In this document: piece by piece, positions 23,598 through 31,029 of the stretch | Position numbering within the stretch: the stretch's first letter is position 1 | Layout of the letters: each line of letters starts with the position of its first letter | Assembly (NCBI RefSeq): GCF_001306055.1 | Contig: NZ_LGHJ01000016.1 | Coordinates: 150,001-182,000 of the forward strand | Length of the DNA: 32,000 nt | Direction of reading: 5' to 3' | Source of the DNA: Bellilinea caldifistulae | Lineage (GTDB): Bacteria; Chloroflexota; Anaerolineae; Anaerolineales; Anaerolineaceae | Notes under the pieces: generated by a model | Database searches by the model: none | The model's input: the letters and a program-made list of their open reading frames with translations, nothing else | Told to the model about the DNA's origin: nothing | Position numbers and translations under genes: made by a program

Positions 23598-24470
23598 TCA
23601 CAGGCGCAGGTTATCAACCGGTGAAGCGCGGCGGTGGGTTTGCTCAAGGTCAGTGGAGGATAATCGAAGATAAAGCCTGACCATGTCCAGCGAAGCATGG
23701 CCGAGTAATTCTTGCAGGGTGAAAATATCGCCGCCATTGCGAAGGTAGAAAATCGCAAAGGTATGCCGGAAACGGTGGGGGTGACAATTTAAAACACCGG
23801 CGCGTTTGGCGATGCGCTCGATGATATTGCCAATTGCGTAACGGTCCAGCGGTTTTTCGTCACGGGTAGCAATAAGAGGAGCGTTGTTATTATCTAGGTT
23901 GCGACTGGCAATATAAGTCCACAATGCCCGGCGGCTGCTGTTGCCCAGTTTGACAATGCGCGGTCGGGACTTCTTACCGGTACGCCAGGGGCGCACGTGA
24001 ATTGTGCCGGTTTCAAGATCAACATCCTTGATGGTCAGGCGAGCAGATTCAGAAACCCGCAGGCCGGTATCCAAGAGCAGAAGAATGATCGCTTTGTCGC
24101 GGAGTGTTTTACAGGCTTTGGTAAGTTTATGGATTTCCTCAACGCTGAAAGGATAGACGGGGGCAGGAGCAGGCTGAGGCATGGGAATATTGTCCGGCCT
24201 TTGCAGATGAAACTCATCTGATGCCCAGTTGAAGTACGAGCGGATAATTTTCCAATATACTTGAATCGTTGACTCAGACCGGTGATTATAGCGGAGATAC
24301 TCGAAGAAATTTAGAATATCCGCCTGGGTGATCTGATTGACTGGTGGGTTGTTGAGGAAATTAGCAAAAATGACCAGGGATGTAAGGTAGTTATGGATAG
24401 TGATGGGGGAATAAGAGCGTGTAATTAGATAGAGTTTGAAACCCGGCAGCGACTGAATGAGTGAGAACAT
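23598..24470 (-). CDS. int: Tyrosine integrase (XerC/D-like phage integrase)
   Basis: Catalytic residues are present in RVSESARL (R), HRFRHTFA (HxxR) and LLGHASLDMVRLYLRL (H...Y). Start chosen at MFSLIQ (24470), with AAGGAGA upstream. The longer track ORF would run into the tRNA. Confidence 0.9.
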   Translation of the reverse strand: MFSLIQSLPGFKLYLITRSYSPITIHNYLTSLVIFANFLNNPPVNQITQADILNFFEYLRYNHRSESTIQVYWKIIRSYFNWASDEFHLQRPDNIPMPQPAPAPVYPFSVEEIHKLTKACKTLRDKAIILLLLDTGLRVSESARLTIKDVDLETGTIHVRPWRTGKKSRPRIVKLGNSSRRALWTYIASRNLDNNNAPLIATRDEKPLDRYAIGNIIERIAKRAGVLNCHPHRFRHTFAIFYLRNGGDIFTLQELLGHASLDMVRLYLRLSSTDLEQTHRRASPVDNLRL

Positions 24471-24539
24471 AGGGATGTGGTCTCCTTTCGCTGTAAACGG
24501 CCACAATCCCTGCGAAAGTGGGAAGGATGTGCACATTTG

Positions 24540-24613
24540 TGGGCGGAACAGGACTCGAACCTGCGACCCCATCCTTGTAAGGGATGTGCTCTAACCTACT
24601 GAGCTATCCGCCC
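24540..24613 (-). tRNA. tRNA-Val (anticodon TAC)
   Basis: The reverse complement GGGCGGATAGCTCAGTAGGTTAGAGCACATCCCTTACAAGGATGGGGTCGCAGGTTCGAGTCCTGTTCCGCCCA (74 nt) folds as a cloverleaf. The acceptor stem is GGGCGGA/TCCGCCC, the anticodon stem is CATCC/GGATG, and the loop is CTTACAA. The T-loop is GGTTCGAGTCC. CCA is not encoded. Confidence 0.9.
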
Positions 24614-24631
24614 TTTGGCAAGATTGGAAAT

Positions 24632-24661
24632 ATTATACCTTGTTTCTTTGTTCTGTGTTAA
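24632..24661 (-). promoter_or_regulatory. Possible tRNA-Val promoter
   Basis: On the minus strand: TTAACA (24661-24656), an 18-nt spacer, then TATAAT (24637-24632). The -10 ends 18 nt before the mature tRNA 5' end. Confidence 0.35.
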
Positions 24662-24694
24662 ACTCTAAGAAGATTACACCATGGTGAGGGTGGT

Positions 24695-25465
24695 ATGAGG
24701 TTTGTTCGCTATCAGATTGAATGGGATCAACCCCGCTGGGGGTGGATTTATGAGGATCGGGTTGGACCAATTGACGGGAACATCTTTGGTGATTATCGTC
24801 GTTTGCCGGCCGAAATGCCGCTTGATTCAGTGACATTGTTGCCCCCAATACTGCCAAGTAAAATCATTTGTATTGGCAGAAATTATGTAGACCACGCTCG
24901 CGAGCATGGAGTTGAGGTTCCCGAAATTCCATTAATTTTTCTGAAACCACCTTCCAGTTTGGTGGGACATTTACAGCCAATTGTCCTTCCTCCTCAATCT
25001 AAGCAGGTAGAACACGAGGCTGAATTGGGTGTGGTAATCGGAAAAAGGGGGCGATGGATTACTGCAGATGAGGCTAATCGCTATATCTTCGGTTATACCA
25101 TTACGAATGATGTAACCGCTCGCGATCTTCAACGTAAAGATGGGCAATGGACACGGGGTAAAGGTTTTGATACATTTTGTCCGGTTGGTCCATGGATTGA
25201 AACCGAGATTGACCCCTATGATCTCCTGATCACCTGCAGGGTGAATGGAGATGTTCGCCAGATGGCTTCCACCCGGGACATGGTTTTTTCTATCCCTCAA
25301 TTAGTAGCCTTTATTTCATCTATTATGACCCTTGAGCCAGGCGACTTGATTTTGACGGGCACGCCGGCCGGAGTTGGAAAACTGGAAGCAGGCGATAAAA
25401 TCCAAATTAGCATTGAAGGTATCGGAGACCTGATTAACCCGGTAATTAGTGAAATCAATCCGTGA
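24695..25465 (+). CDS. Fumarylacetoacetate hydrolase (FAH) family protein
   Basis: KIICIGRNYVDHAREHG, PLIFLKPPSS, EHEAELGVVIG, GYTITNDVTARDLQ and GKGFDTFCPVGPWI are FAH-family motifs. Confidence 0.9.
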   Translation: MRFVRYQIEWDQPRWGWIYEDRVGPIDGNIFGDYRRLPAEMPLDSVTLLPPILPSKIICIGRNYVDHAREHGVEVPEIPLIFLKPPSSLVGHLQPIVLPPQSKQVEHEAELGVVIGKRGRWITADEANRYIFGYTITNDVTARDLQRKDGQWTRGKGFDTFCPVGPWIETEIDPYDLLITCRVNGDVRQMASTRDMVFSIPQLVAFISSIMTLEPGDLILTGTPAGVGKLEAGDKIQISIEGIGDLINPVISEINP

Positions 25466-25501
25466 GTTGAACGGTATTTTGTAGTTTAATGATGGTTAGT
25501 A

Positions 25502-25529
25502 TTGACAAACCATTTTTTTTTACTATAAT
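25502..25529 (+). promoter_or_regulatory. Consensus sigma70-type promoter
   Basis: TTGACA (25502-25507), a 16-nt spacer containing a T9 run, then TATAAT (25524-25529). Confidence 0.6.
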
Positions 25530-25672
25530 GAAATTAACTTCTTATTTCTGAGTAATTAAGTCTCATTTAAAAGTCACCATACTCTTTCTGAGAGGCGGCG
25601 TTGATCTGAATGCTGAAACTGGTCGCTTTGCCCGCTATTCAAACGGGGCAGGTATTCAGGGAGCCAATAGCG

Positions 25673-25701
25673 AAACCGGCCTGGTGCCGGTTTTTGTGTT
25701 T
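25673..25701 (+). terminator. Canonical intrinsic terminator inside the 5' leader of the response-regulator gene
   Basis: AAACCGGC-CTGGT-GCCGGTTT followed by TTGTGTTT. It ends 25 nt before ATG 25726. Confidence 0.7.
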
Positions 25702-25725
25702 CAATATCAGCCAAGGAGGAAAAAA

Positions 25726-26487
25726 ATGGAAACACCAGTTGAAGAAGTTGGGGCGGATCTGGATGAATTCTATGCCAGTGAGCGCCCACGCATCCTGGTC
25801 GTTGAGGACGATCAGGATACCGCATTTTTGCTAAAACAAATTCTGCGGCATGCCGGTTTCGATGTTCTCAGTGCTTCAAACGGGAAAGAGGCGTTGAATA
25901 AAGTCAACCTCAGTTTTCCTGATTTGATTGTGCTGGACTTAATGATGCCGGAAATGGATGGATGGGAAACTGTCGAGCGTCTGCGAGAAGTCTCCAATAT
26001 CCCAATTATTGTGGTGACGGCGTTGACGAACAAAGATAATGTGGTCACCTGCCTGCAAAAAGGGGTGGATGACTACATGACAAAGCCATTCTATAAAGCC
26101 GAGGTAGTGGCGCGGGTCAATGCGGTTTTGCGCCGGTCCAAATCCAATCGGGAAGGCAATCGCTTTGTATTTCCGCAAATTGGACTGGCTATAGATACCC
26201 AAACCCGAGAAGTTCGCCTGCGGAATACCCGAATTCAGCTGACTGGCAAAGAGTTTGGTGTGCTGCTGATGCTTGCCAAACATGCCCCGGAAATTGTCCA
26301 TTACCAGAAAATTGCTCAAGGGGTTTGGGGAAGGGATTTTCCGCAAGCGCGCCAGCGGATTAAGTATCTGGTCTATCTTCTCCGGCAGAAGTTCGAGGAA
26401 GTTGATCCAACATTTGCCGAACGCATTATCAACATTGACCGATTGGGTTATAAACTCAATACGGGTGAGGAGAGTGCGAGTTTTTAA
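25726..26487 (+). CDS. OmpR/PhoB-family response regulator
   Basis: SD AGGAGG. The receiver domain is ILVVEDDQD...DLIVLDLMMPEMDGWE...TALT...KPF. A winged-helix output domain follows (LTGKEFGVLLMLA...LGYKL). Confidence 0.9.
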   Translation: METPVEEVGADLDEFYASERPRILVVEDDQDTAFLLKQILRHAGFDVLSASNGKEALNKVNLSFPDLIVLDLMMPEMDGWETVERLREVSNIPIIVVTALTNKDNVVTCLQKGVDDYMTKPFYKAEVVARVNAVLRRSKSNREGNRFVFPQIGLAIDTQTREVRLRNTRIQLTGKEFGVLLMLAKHAPEIVHYQKIAQGVWGRDFPQARQRIKYLVYLLRQKFEEVDPTFAERIINIDRLGYKLNTGEESASF

Positions 26488-26531
26488 CCGATGCCTTTCA
26501 ACAAAAATCAGAATAGCAGAGCGTCAATCGC

Positions 26532-27353
26532 GTGATCAATCTCAAGGCAAAATCGTTGATTATCATCGGGGTGATATTGGTTTTGGTCGGCGTTGCCGGT
26601 TCGGCGTTGTCTATGGCCGAACTGGTGGGGATTAAGTTTACCAGTTTTGAGGATTGGGAGAACAATCAGGGAGATACCGGTTTCATACCTTTGTCAGTGC
26701 CTTTGAATTTTGAAACGGAGTATCCTAAAGGTGGATTACCATCTCTGCCTCCGCTTCCTACCCTCGCCGTTATAACACCCACCCTGAATCACATTGACGG
26801 AAATGAAAACCAATCGAGCACTCCTGGTGCGGAAGTCAGCCCAACCCCAGAGGCTACCCGACCGGCAGTAATTCCGACTCGTTTGATCATTCCATCTATT
26901 CAATTGGATGCGCCGGTTGTTCCAACCCGATCAAAACAAACCAGGATCGGTGGGGAAATTTATGAGCAGTGGCAGGCCCCAGACAAGTTTGCCGTGGGAT
27001 GGTACACCGGCTCAGCAGTTTTGGGCCAGGTCGGAAATACGGTTCTGGTTGGACATCATAATGTGGAGGGTAAGGTATTTGAAAATTTACACAAAGTCCA
27101 ACCTGGCGATGAGATCATATTGGCAGGCGGAACGGTTGCTTTTCGGTATCAGGTGGTCAATGTGATGATTCTGCCGGAACGTAATGTGGATGTGCAGACA
27201 CGACTGGAAAATGCCCGATGGATATTGCCTTCTGAAGATGAGCGGATAACCCTGGTGACTTGCTGGCCGGCATGGTCAAATACCCACCGACTGATTGTGG
27301 TGGCTCAACCGGTGGGTGATCCTTTTTCTATTTCAGAAAATTCTGATAATTAG
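26532..27353 (+). CDS. Sortase-family transpeptidase (membrane-anchored, Pro/Thr-rich linker)
   Basis: GTG start. An N-terminal TM is present (LIIIGVILVLVGVAGSAL). IPSIQLDAPVV, the catalytic His in VLVGHHN, the Cys in ITLVTCWP, and a downstream Arg are all present. Confidence 0.85.
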   Translation: MINLKAKSLIIIGVILVLVGVAGSALSMAELVGIKFTSFEDWENNQGDTGFIPLSVPLNFETEYPKGGLPSLPPLPTLAVITPTLNHIDGNENQSSTPGAEVSPTPEATRPAVIPTRLIIPSIQLDAPVVPTRSKQTRIGGEIYEQWQAPDKFAVGWYTGSAVLGQVGNTVLVGHHNVEGKVFENLHKVQPGDEIILAGGTVAFRYQVVNVMILPERNVDVQTRLENARWILPSEDERITLVTCWPAWSNTHRLIVVAQPVGDPFSISENSDN

Positions 27354-28021
27354 TGGAGCGAATATACGTTTTCCGGTTCAACCGGGGTAGCGATGATAAA
27401 AAGCCGTCCCCAGGAAAGCTCACCGTCTTTTTCAATGCAGGTTTGCAGGACAAGCGTCCCTTTTTGGGTGTAAATCTCATAAAACAAATCAGTTGCGGTG
27501 ATGACCTTTTTGTCGGGGTCAGCCAGATTGATGAATTTTGAGTAAGGACTGTTGGGTGTTAGCGCTTGATAGCGGCGGATTTCCTCGACACGATATTCCT
27601 GATAGGTTTTATCACCGTAAACAATCGTGAGAACATCGCCTTCCTTAACTTTAAAGAACGTCTCTCCGATAAGGTGATTATGAGCCAGCAAAGCGGTAAC
27701 CCCATACTGACTTGCCATGTTGAATTGGGTTATTTTTTTAGCATCCGTGCTGACAAACGCGGGGTTGTTTTTGGGCTGCTGAATGATTTCTGCCTGCAAT
27801 AGCACGGGATGATATAGCCCGACCGGATAGGCGCTCATTGGGGTTTTGGCTACCTGAGTGATGAACGCTTCCAGCGGGTCTTGAGTAAGTTGGACAATAA
27901 AAGGCGGTTTGCCGTCCAGATAAACTGGAATGCCCGTGATGGGAATGGTTTTTTGTGACGGCAAGAAAACGGTGTTGAACAGGAGTGGAATCATCCAAAA
28001 AATTTGTCGAAATTTCGTCAT
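27350..28021 (-). CDS. Secreted sortase-like protein
   Basis: Carries a signal-peptide-like N-terminus. ALLAHNHLIG (His), VLQTCIE (Cys) and WGRLFIIA (Arg) occur in sortase order. It is more divergent than the neighbouring sortase gene. Confidence 0.55.
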   Translation of the reverse strand: MTKFRQIFWMIPLLFNTVFLPSQKTIPITGIPVYLDGKPPFIVQLTQDPLEAFITQVAKTPMSAYPVGLYHPVLLQAEIIQQPKNNPAFVSTDAKKITQFNMASQYGVTALLAHNHLIGETFFKVKEGDVLTIVYGDKTYQEYRVEEIRRYQALTPNSPYSKFINLADPDKKVITATDLFYEIYTQKGTLVLQTCIEKDGELSWGRLFIIATPVEPENVYSLH

Positions 28022-28188
28022 GACTTAATGGTTTAGGAACTGGTTGATTTTGTTTGTGTTTGTGTTTGGTTATAATTTAGTAGTATTGCGGTGATTAATC
28101 AATATCGTTTTGGGGGTTGTAAACAGCCTGTAAGTTCAGGGGTGTTTGAGTCTCTTTTCGGGAAAAAACAATTTACCGACAAACGGCA

Positions 28189-28197
28189 TGGTATAAT
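28189..28197 (+). promoter_or_regulatory. Extended -10 promoter element upstream of yebC
   Basis: TGGTATAAT (TGnTATAAT) lies 52 nt before the start codon. There is no good -35 element. Confidence 0.4.
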
Positions 28198-28248
28198 TTA
28201 GAAAATTTTGACTGTCTGGCACTTGCTCAGGTTTAAGGAGAACATCAT

Positions 28249-29004
28249 ATGTCTGGTCATTCCAAGTGGGCAACCATTAAACGCAAGAAAGGGGCTATGG
28301 ACGCCAAGCGCGGGCAATTATTTACCCGCCTGACGCGTGAAATTGTCCTTGCGGCACGGGAAGGTGGAGGAGACCCGGCAACCAATTTTCGCCTTCGGCT
28401 GGCGGTTGAAAAGGCACGCAGCCAAAATATGCCTAAAGAGAACATCGAACGTGCCATCAAGCGCGGTACGGGAGAATCCAAAGATGGAGCTGCATTTGAG
28501 GAAGTATTCTATGAGGGCTATGCACCTCATGGGGTTGCTTTGATGATCGAATGCGTGACTGAGAACCGCAATCGTACGGTGGCTGAAGTGCGTCATGTAC
28601 TTACCCGAGCCGGCGGCAGCCTGGGTGAGGCGGGATCGGTGGCCTGGCAATTTAAACGGGCAGCCTATTTTGCCGTCCCCGGCGATGAATCGGTCATGGA
28701 AAGATTATTTGATGTGGCCGTGGTGGCGGGTGCGGAGGACGTCAATTACGATGATGGCACGATTGAAATTATCGGGCCGGTTGAATCCTTCAAGACCCTG
28801 TCCGATGCACTGCGTCAGGCTGGGTTTCAACCCGAAGATGCCGGTTTACGAATGATCCCAACCTCTGAAATGGAGCTTGGAACAGAGGAAACCTTACAGG
28901 TCTTGCGGGCAATCGAAAGTCTGGAAGATCTGGATGATGTGCAGAATGTGTATCATAATCTGCGCATCTCTGAGGAGGCGCTGGCAACTTTGGCAGAGGA
29001 ATAA
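28249..29004 (+). CDS. yebC: YebC/PmpR-family transcriptional regulator
   Basis: MSGHSKWATIKRKKGAMDAKRGQLFTRLTREI is the invariant family N-terminus. SD AAGGAG. Confidence 0.92.
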   Translation: MSGHSKWATIKRKKGAMDAKRGQLFTRLTREIVLAAREGGGDPATNFRLRLAVEKARSQNMPKENIERAIKRGTGESKDGAAFEEVFYEGYAPHGVALMIECVTENRNRTVAEVRHVLTRAGGSLGEAGSVAWQFKRAAYFAVPGDESVMERLFDVAVVAGAEDVNYDDGTIEIIGPVESFKTLSDALRQAGFQPEDAGLRMIPTSEMELGTEETLQVLRAIESLEDLDDVQNVYHNLRISEEALATLAEE

Positions 29005-29009
29005 GCCTC

Positions 29010-29498
29010 GTGATTGTAGTGGGTATTGATCCGGGGGTGGCTACTACCGGCTACGGTGTAGTTCGGGATACCAGAGATGGTATTGAGTTGGTGGACTACG
29101 GCATCATTACCACACCGCCGGACATGGCACTGGCTCAACGTTTATTGGTACTGCACCAGGAACTGCAAAAAATCATTCAACTCCACCGCCCGGAAAGCTC
29201 GGCGGTGGAGAAACTGTTTTTTCAAAAAAACGTGACGACTGCCATCGCCGTTGGCCAGGCAAGAGGAGTAGCCTTACTGACCCTTGCGGAGAATCGGATT
29301 GAGGTGAGTGAATACACCCCCCTGGAAGTCAAACAGGCGGTTGCGGGTTATGGCTCAGCGGATAAAAAGCAGGTTCAGTACATGGTCAAAGCAATCCTGA
29401 ACATGGAAAAGATTCCCTCACCGGATGATGCGGCAGACGCATTGGCGATTGCAATCTGTCATTTGCACAGCATCCGTTTTAAAAATCTGGAAAAATGA
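29010..29498 (+). CDS. ruvC: Holliday junction resolvase RuvC
   Basis: GTG start. Motifs are IVVGIDPGVATTGYGVV, AVEKLFF, GQARGV, EYTPLEVKQAVAGYGSADKKQVQ and DAADALAIAICH. Confidence 0.92.
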   Translation: MIVVGIDPGVATTGYGVVRDTRDGIELVDYGIITTPPDMALAQRLLVLHQELQKIIQLHRPESSAVEKLFFQKNVTTAIAVGQARGVALLTLAENRIEVSEYTPLEVKQAVAGYGSADKKQVQYMVKAILNMEKIPSPDDAADALAIAICHLHSIRFKNLEK

Positions 29499-30319
29499 TC
29501 ACCAGTCCTTCCAATCCGACCATCAAACAAATCCGAAAATTGCGGGAACGAAAAGAGCGCCAGCGGAGTGGATTGTTTTTTGTGGAGGGATTGCGGATTG
29601 TTGGCGAAGCCCTGGCTTCAAACTGGTCTATCGAATATCTGATTTATTGTCCATCGTTATTAAACAGCCTGTTCGGTCTGCAACTGGTTGAGAAATTCCA
29701 AGCAAATGGTGGAAATATTCTGTCGGTCAGTGAAGAAGTGTTTGTTTCAATTTCCTCAAAAGATGGGCCTCAAGGAATTGCGGCAGTTATTCATCAGCAA
29801 TGGGTTGATTTGGATAAAACTGTACCGCGTGAGGATGAAATCTGGGTAGCATTGGATTCAATTGCCGATCCGGGCAATCTGGGAACGATCCTGCGTACCA
29901 ATGACGCAGCCGGGGTCAAAGGTGTTATTCTTTTAGATCAATGCACCGATCCTTATGATCCGGCAAGTATTCGAGCCAGTATGGGGGCAGTGTTCAATCA
30001 AGCCCTGATTAGAGCCACTTTTCAACAATTTGCTTTTTGGAAAAGGAACCATTCGATCCCCGTCATCGGTACTTCGGATAGAGCCAATCAAGATTACCAT
30101 TTTTTCGAATATCCCCAACGGCTGGTATTGCTGATGGGCAGTGAGCGGCAAGGATTGCAAGAAAAACATTTTGCGATTTGTGATGAGAGCGTAGCAATTC
30201 CCATGCGAGGTAAAAGCGATTCGCTCAATCTGGCTATTGCCACGGCGCTGTGCGTTTATGAAATCTTCAACCAGAGGCGGGAAAATCCGTACAAACGGGA
30301 AGGTGTTGAAAATCCATGA
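29495..30319 (+). CDS. TrmH/SpoU-family RNA 2'-O-methyltransferase
   Basis: Motifs are FFVEGLRIV, DPGNLGTILRTNDAAGV, LLMGSERQGL and IPMRGKSDSLNLAIATAL. It has ATGA overlaps at both ends. Confidence 0.88.
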   Translation: MITSPSNPTIKQIRKLRERKERQRSGLFFVEGLRIVGEALASNWSIEYLIYCPSLLNSLFGLQLVEKFQANGGNILSVSEEVFVSISSKDGPQGIAAVIHQQWVDLDKTVPREDEIWVALDSIADPGNLGTILRTNDAAGVKGVILLDQCTDPYDPASIRASMGAVFNQALIRATFQQFAFWKRNHSIPVIGTSDRANQDYHFFEYPQRLVLLMGSERQGLQEKHFAICDESVAIPMRGKSDSLNLAIATALCVYEIFNQRRENPYKREGVENP

Positions 30320-30894
30320 TCGTATACCTACAAGGCGAAGTTGTTCGAACCGAGCGAGACAGTTTGGTCATTCAGCTGGGAAGTGTGGGTGTGAAGGTGT
30401 TTGTGCCGACCACTACCGCCCGGCAGTCCCGTGCGGGTGATGTGGTTTTTCTGCATACTCATCTGGTGGTGCGTGAAGATGGCTGGTCGATATACGGATT
30501 TGAATCCGAAACCGAACGAGATTTTTTCATCTTGCTTTTAGGGGTGAACGGAGTTGGCCCGCGAATGGCGCTTTCTATTCTCTCCACTCTATCAGTGGAT
30601 AATATTCGTCAGGCTGTTTTCAGCGAACAAGCCGAATTGTTTGCGCGGGTGCCCGGCGTTGGAAAACGAACAGCTCAAAAAATTTTGCTGCATTTACAGG
30701 GTAAAGTGGGCGAAGGGGGACCTTTAGAGCGGGCTATTGGCCTTATGGATGTGGACTTGCAGGTTTTGGAAGCACTGACTGGCCTGGGTTACAGTGTTGT
30801 GGAAGCCCAAAGCGCAATTCAATCCCTGCCGCGGGATGCCTCGCCAGATGTTGAGGAAAGGTTGCGGCTAGCCCTCCAGTATTTCTCTAAATGA
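30316..30894 (+). CDS. ruvA: Holliday junction DNA helicase subunit RuvA
   Basis: MIVYLQGEVV..., LYGF...ERDFFILLLGVNGVGPRMALSILS and VPGVGKRTAQKILLHLQGK (HhH motifs). Confidence 0.92.
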   Translation: MIVYLQGEVVRTERDSLVIQLGSVGVKVFVPTTTARQSRAGDVVFLHTHLVVREDGWSIYGFESETERDFFILLLGVNGVGPRMALSILSTLSVDNIRQAVFSEQAELFARVPGVGKRTAQKILLHLQGKVGEGGPLERAIGLMDVDLQVLEALTGLGYSVVEAQSAIQSLPRDASPDVEERLRLALQYFSK

Positions 30895-30906
30895 AACCCG
30901 CTGAAT

Positions 30907-30945
30907 TTTGTCCACGCTTGTAACTGGACAAAGGTCTTTCTTTCT
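30907..30945 (+). terminator. Possible ruvA terminator
   Basis: A perfect 8-bp inverted repeat, TTTGTCCA (30907-30914) and TGGACAAA (30925-30932), with a 10-nt loop. It is followed by the T-rich GGTCTTTCTTTC. Confidence 0.4.
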
Positions 30946-31029
30946 AGTATGATTTAACCCGTTAATTAGACGAATTATTTCATTATTTGTCAGGAATGCC
31001 GTCAAATCTTACTTCTTTTCGGAGGCTCA

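Larger units (their letters stand above)
1..24539 (+). mobile_element. Prophage, siphovirus-type, right-hand ~24.5 kb (left end outside window), integrated at tRNA-Val
   Basis: Unbroken co-oriented phage gene order (replication, packaging, head, lysis, tail) from 2 to 23593 with many ATGA stop/start overlaps. A tyrosine integrase (23598-24470) directly abuts the 3' end of a tRNA at 24540. Only housekeeping-type genes lie to the right. Confidence 0.85.

Noticed and set aside
24471-24572. Integrase N-terminal extension (track ORF to 24572)
   Set aside because: It runs into the tRNA-Val gene. The internal Met at 24470 has an AAGGAGA SD and gives a normal integrase N-terminus.
24633-24857. 74-aa minus-strand ORF spanning the tRNA promoter region and the FAH gene start
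   Set aside because: It is antisense to a well-supported FAH-family gene and overlaps the likely tRNA promoter. It has no SD or recognisable motifs.
25584-25625. A TPP-riboswitch-like motif (CTGAGAGG ... GATCTGAATGCTG)
   Set aside because: The resemblance is only partial: the ACCTGATCTGGATAATGCCAGCG box and the GGGG pairing partner are missing. The genomic context (a response regulator) also does not fit thiamine control.
28051-28068. (TGTTTG)3 microsatellite and TATAAT-like boxes in the sortase-like/yebC intergenic region
   Set aside because: Three short units only. Several promoter-like hexamers occur on both strands with poor -35 partners, so beyond the extended -10 at 28189-28197 nothing could be assigned with confidence.
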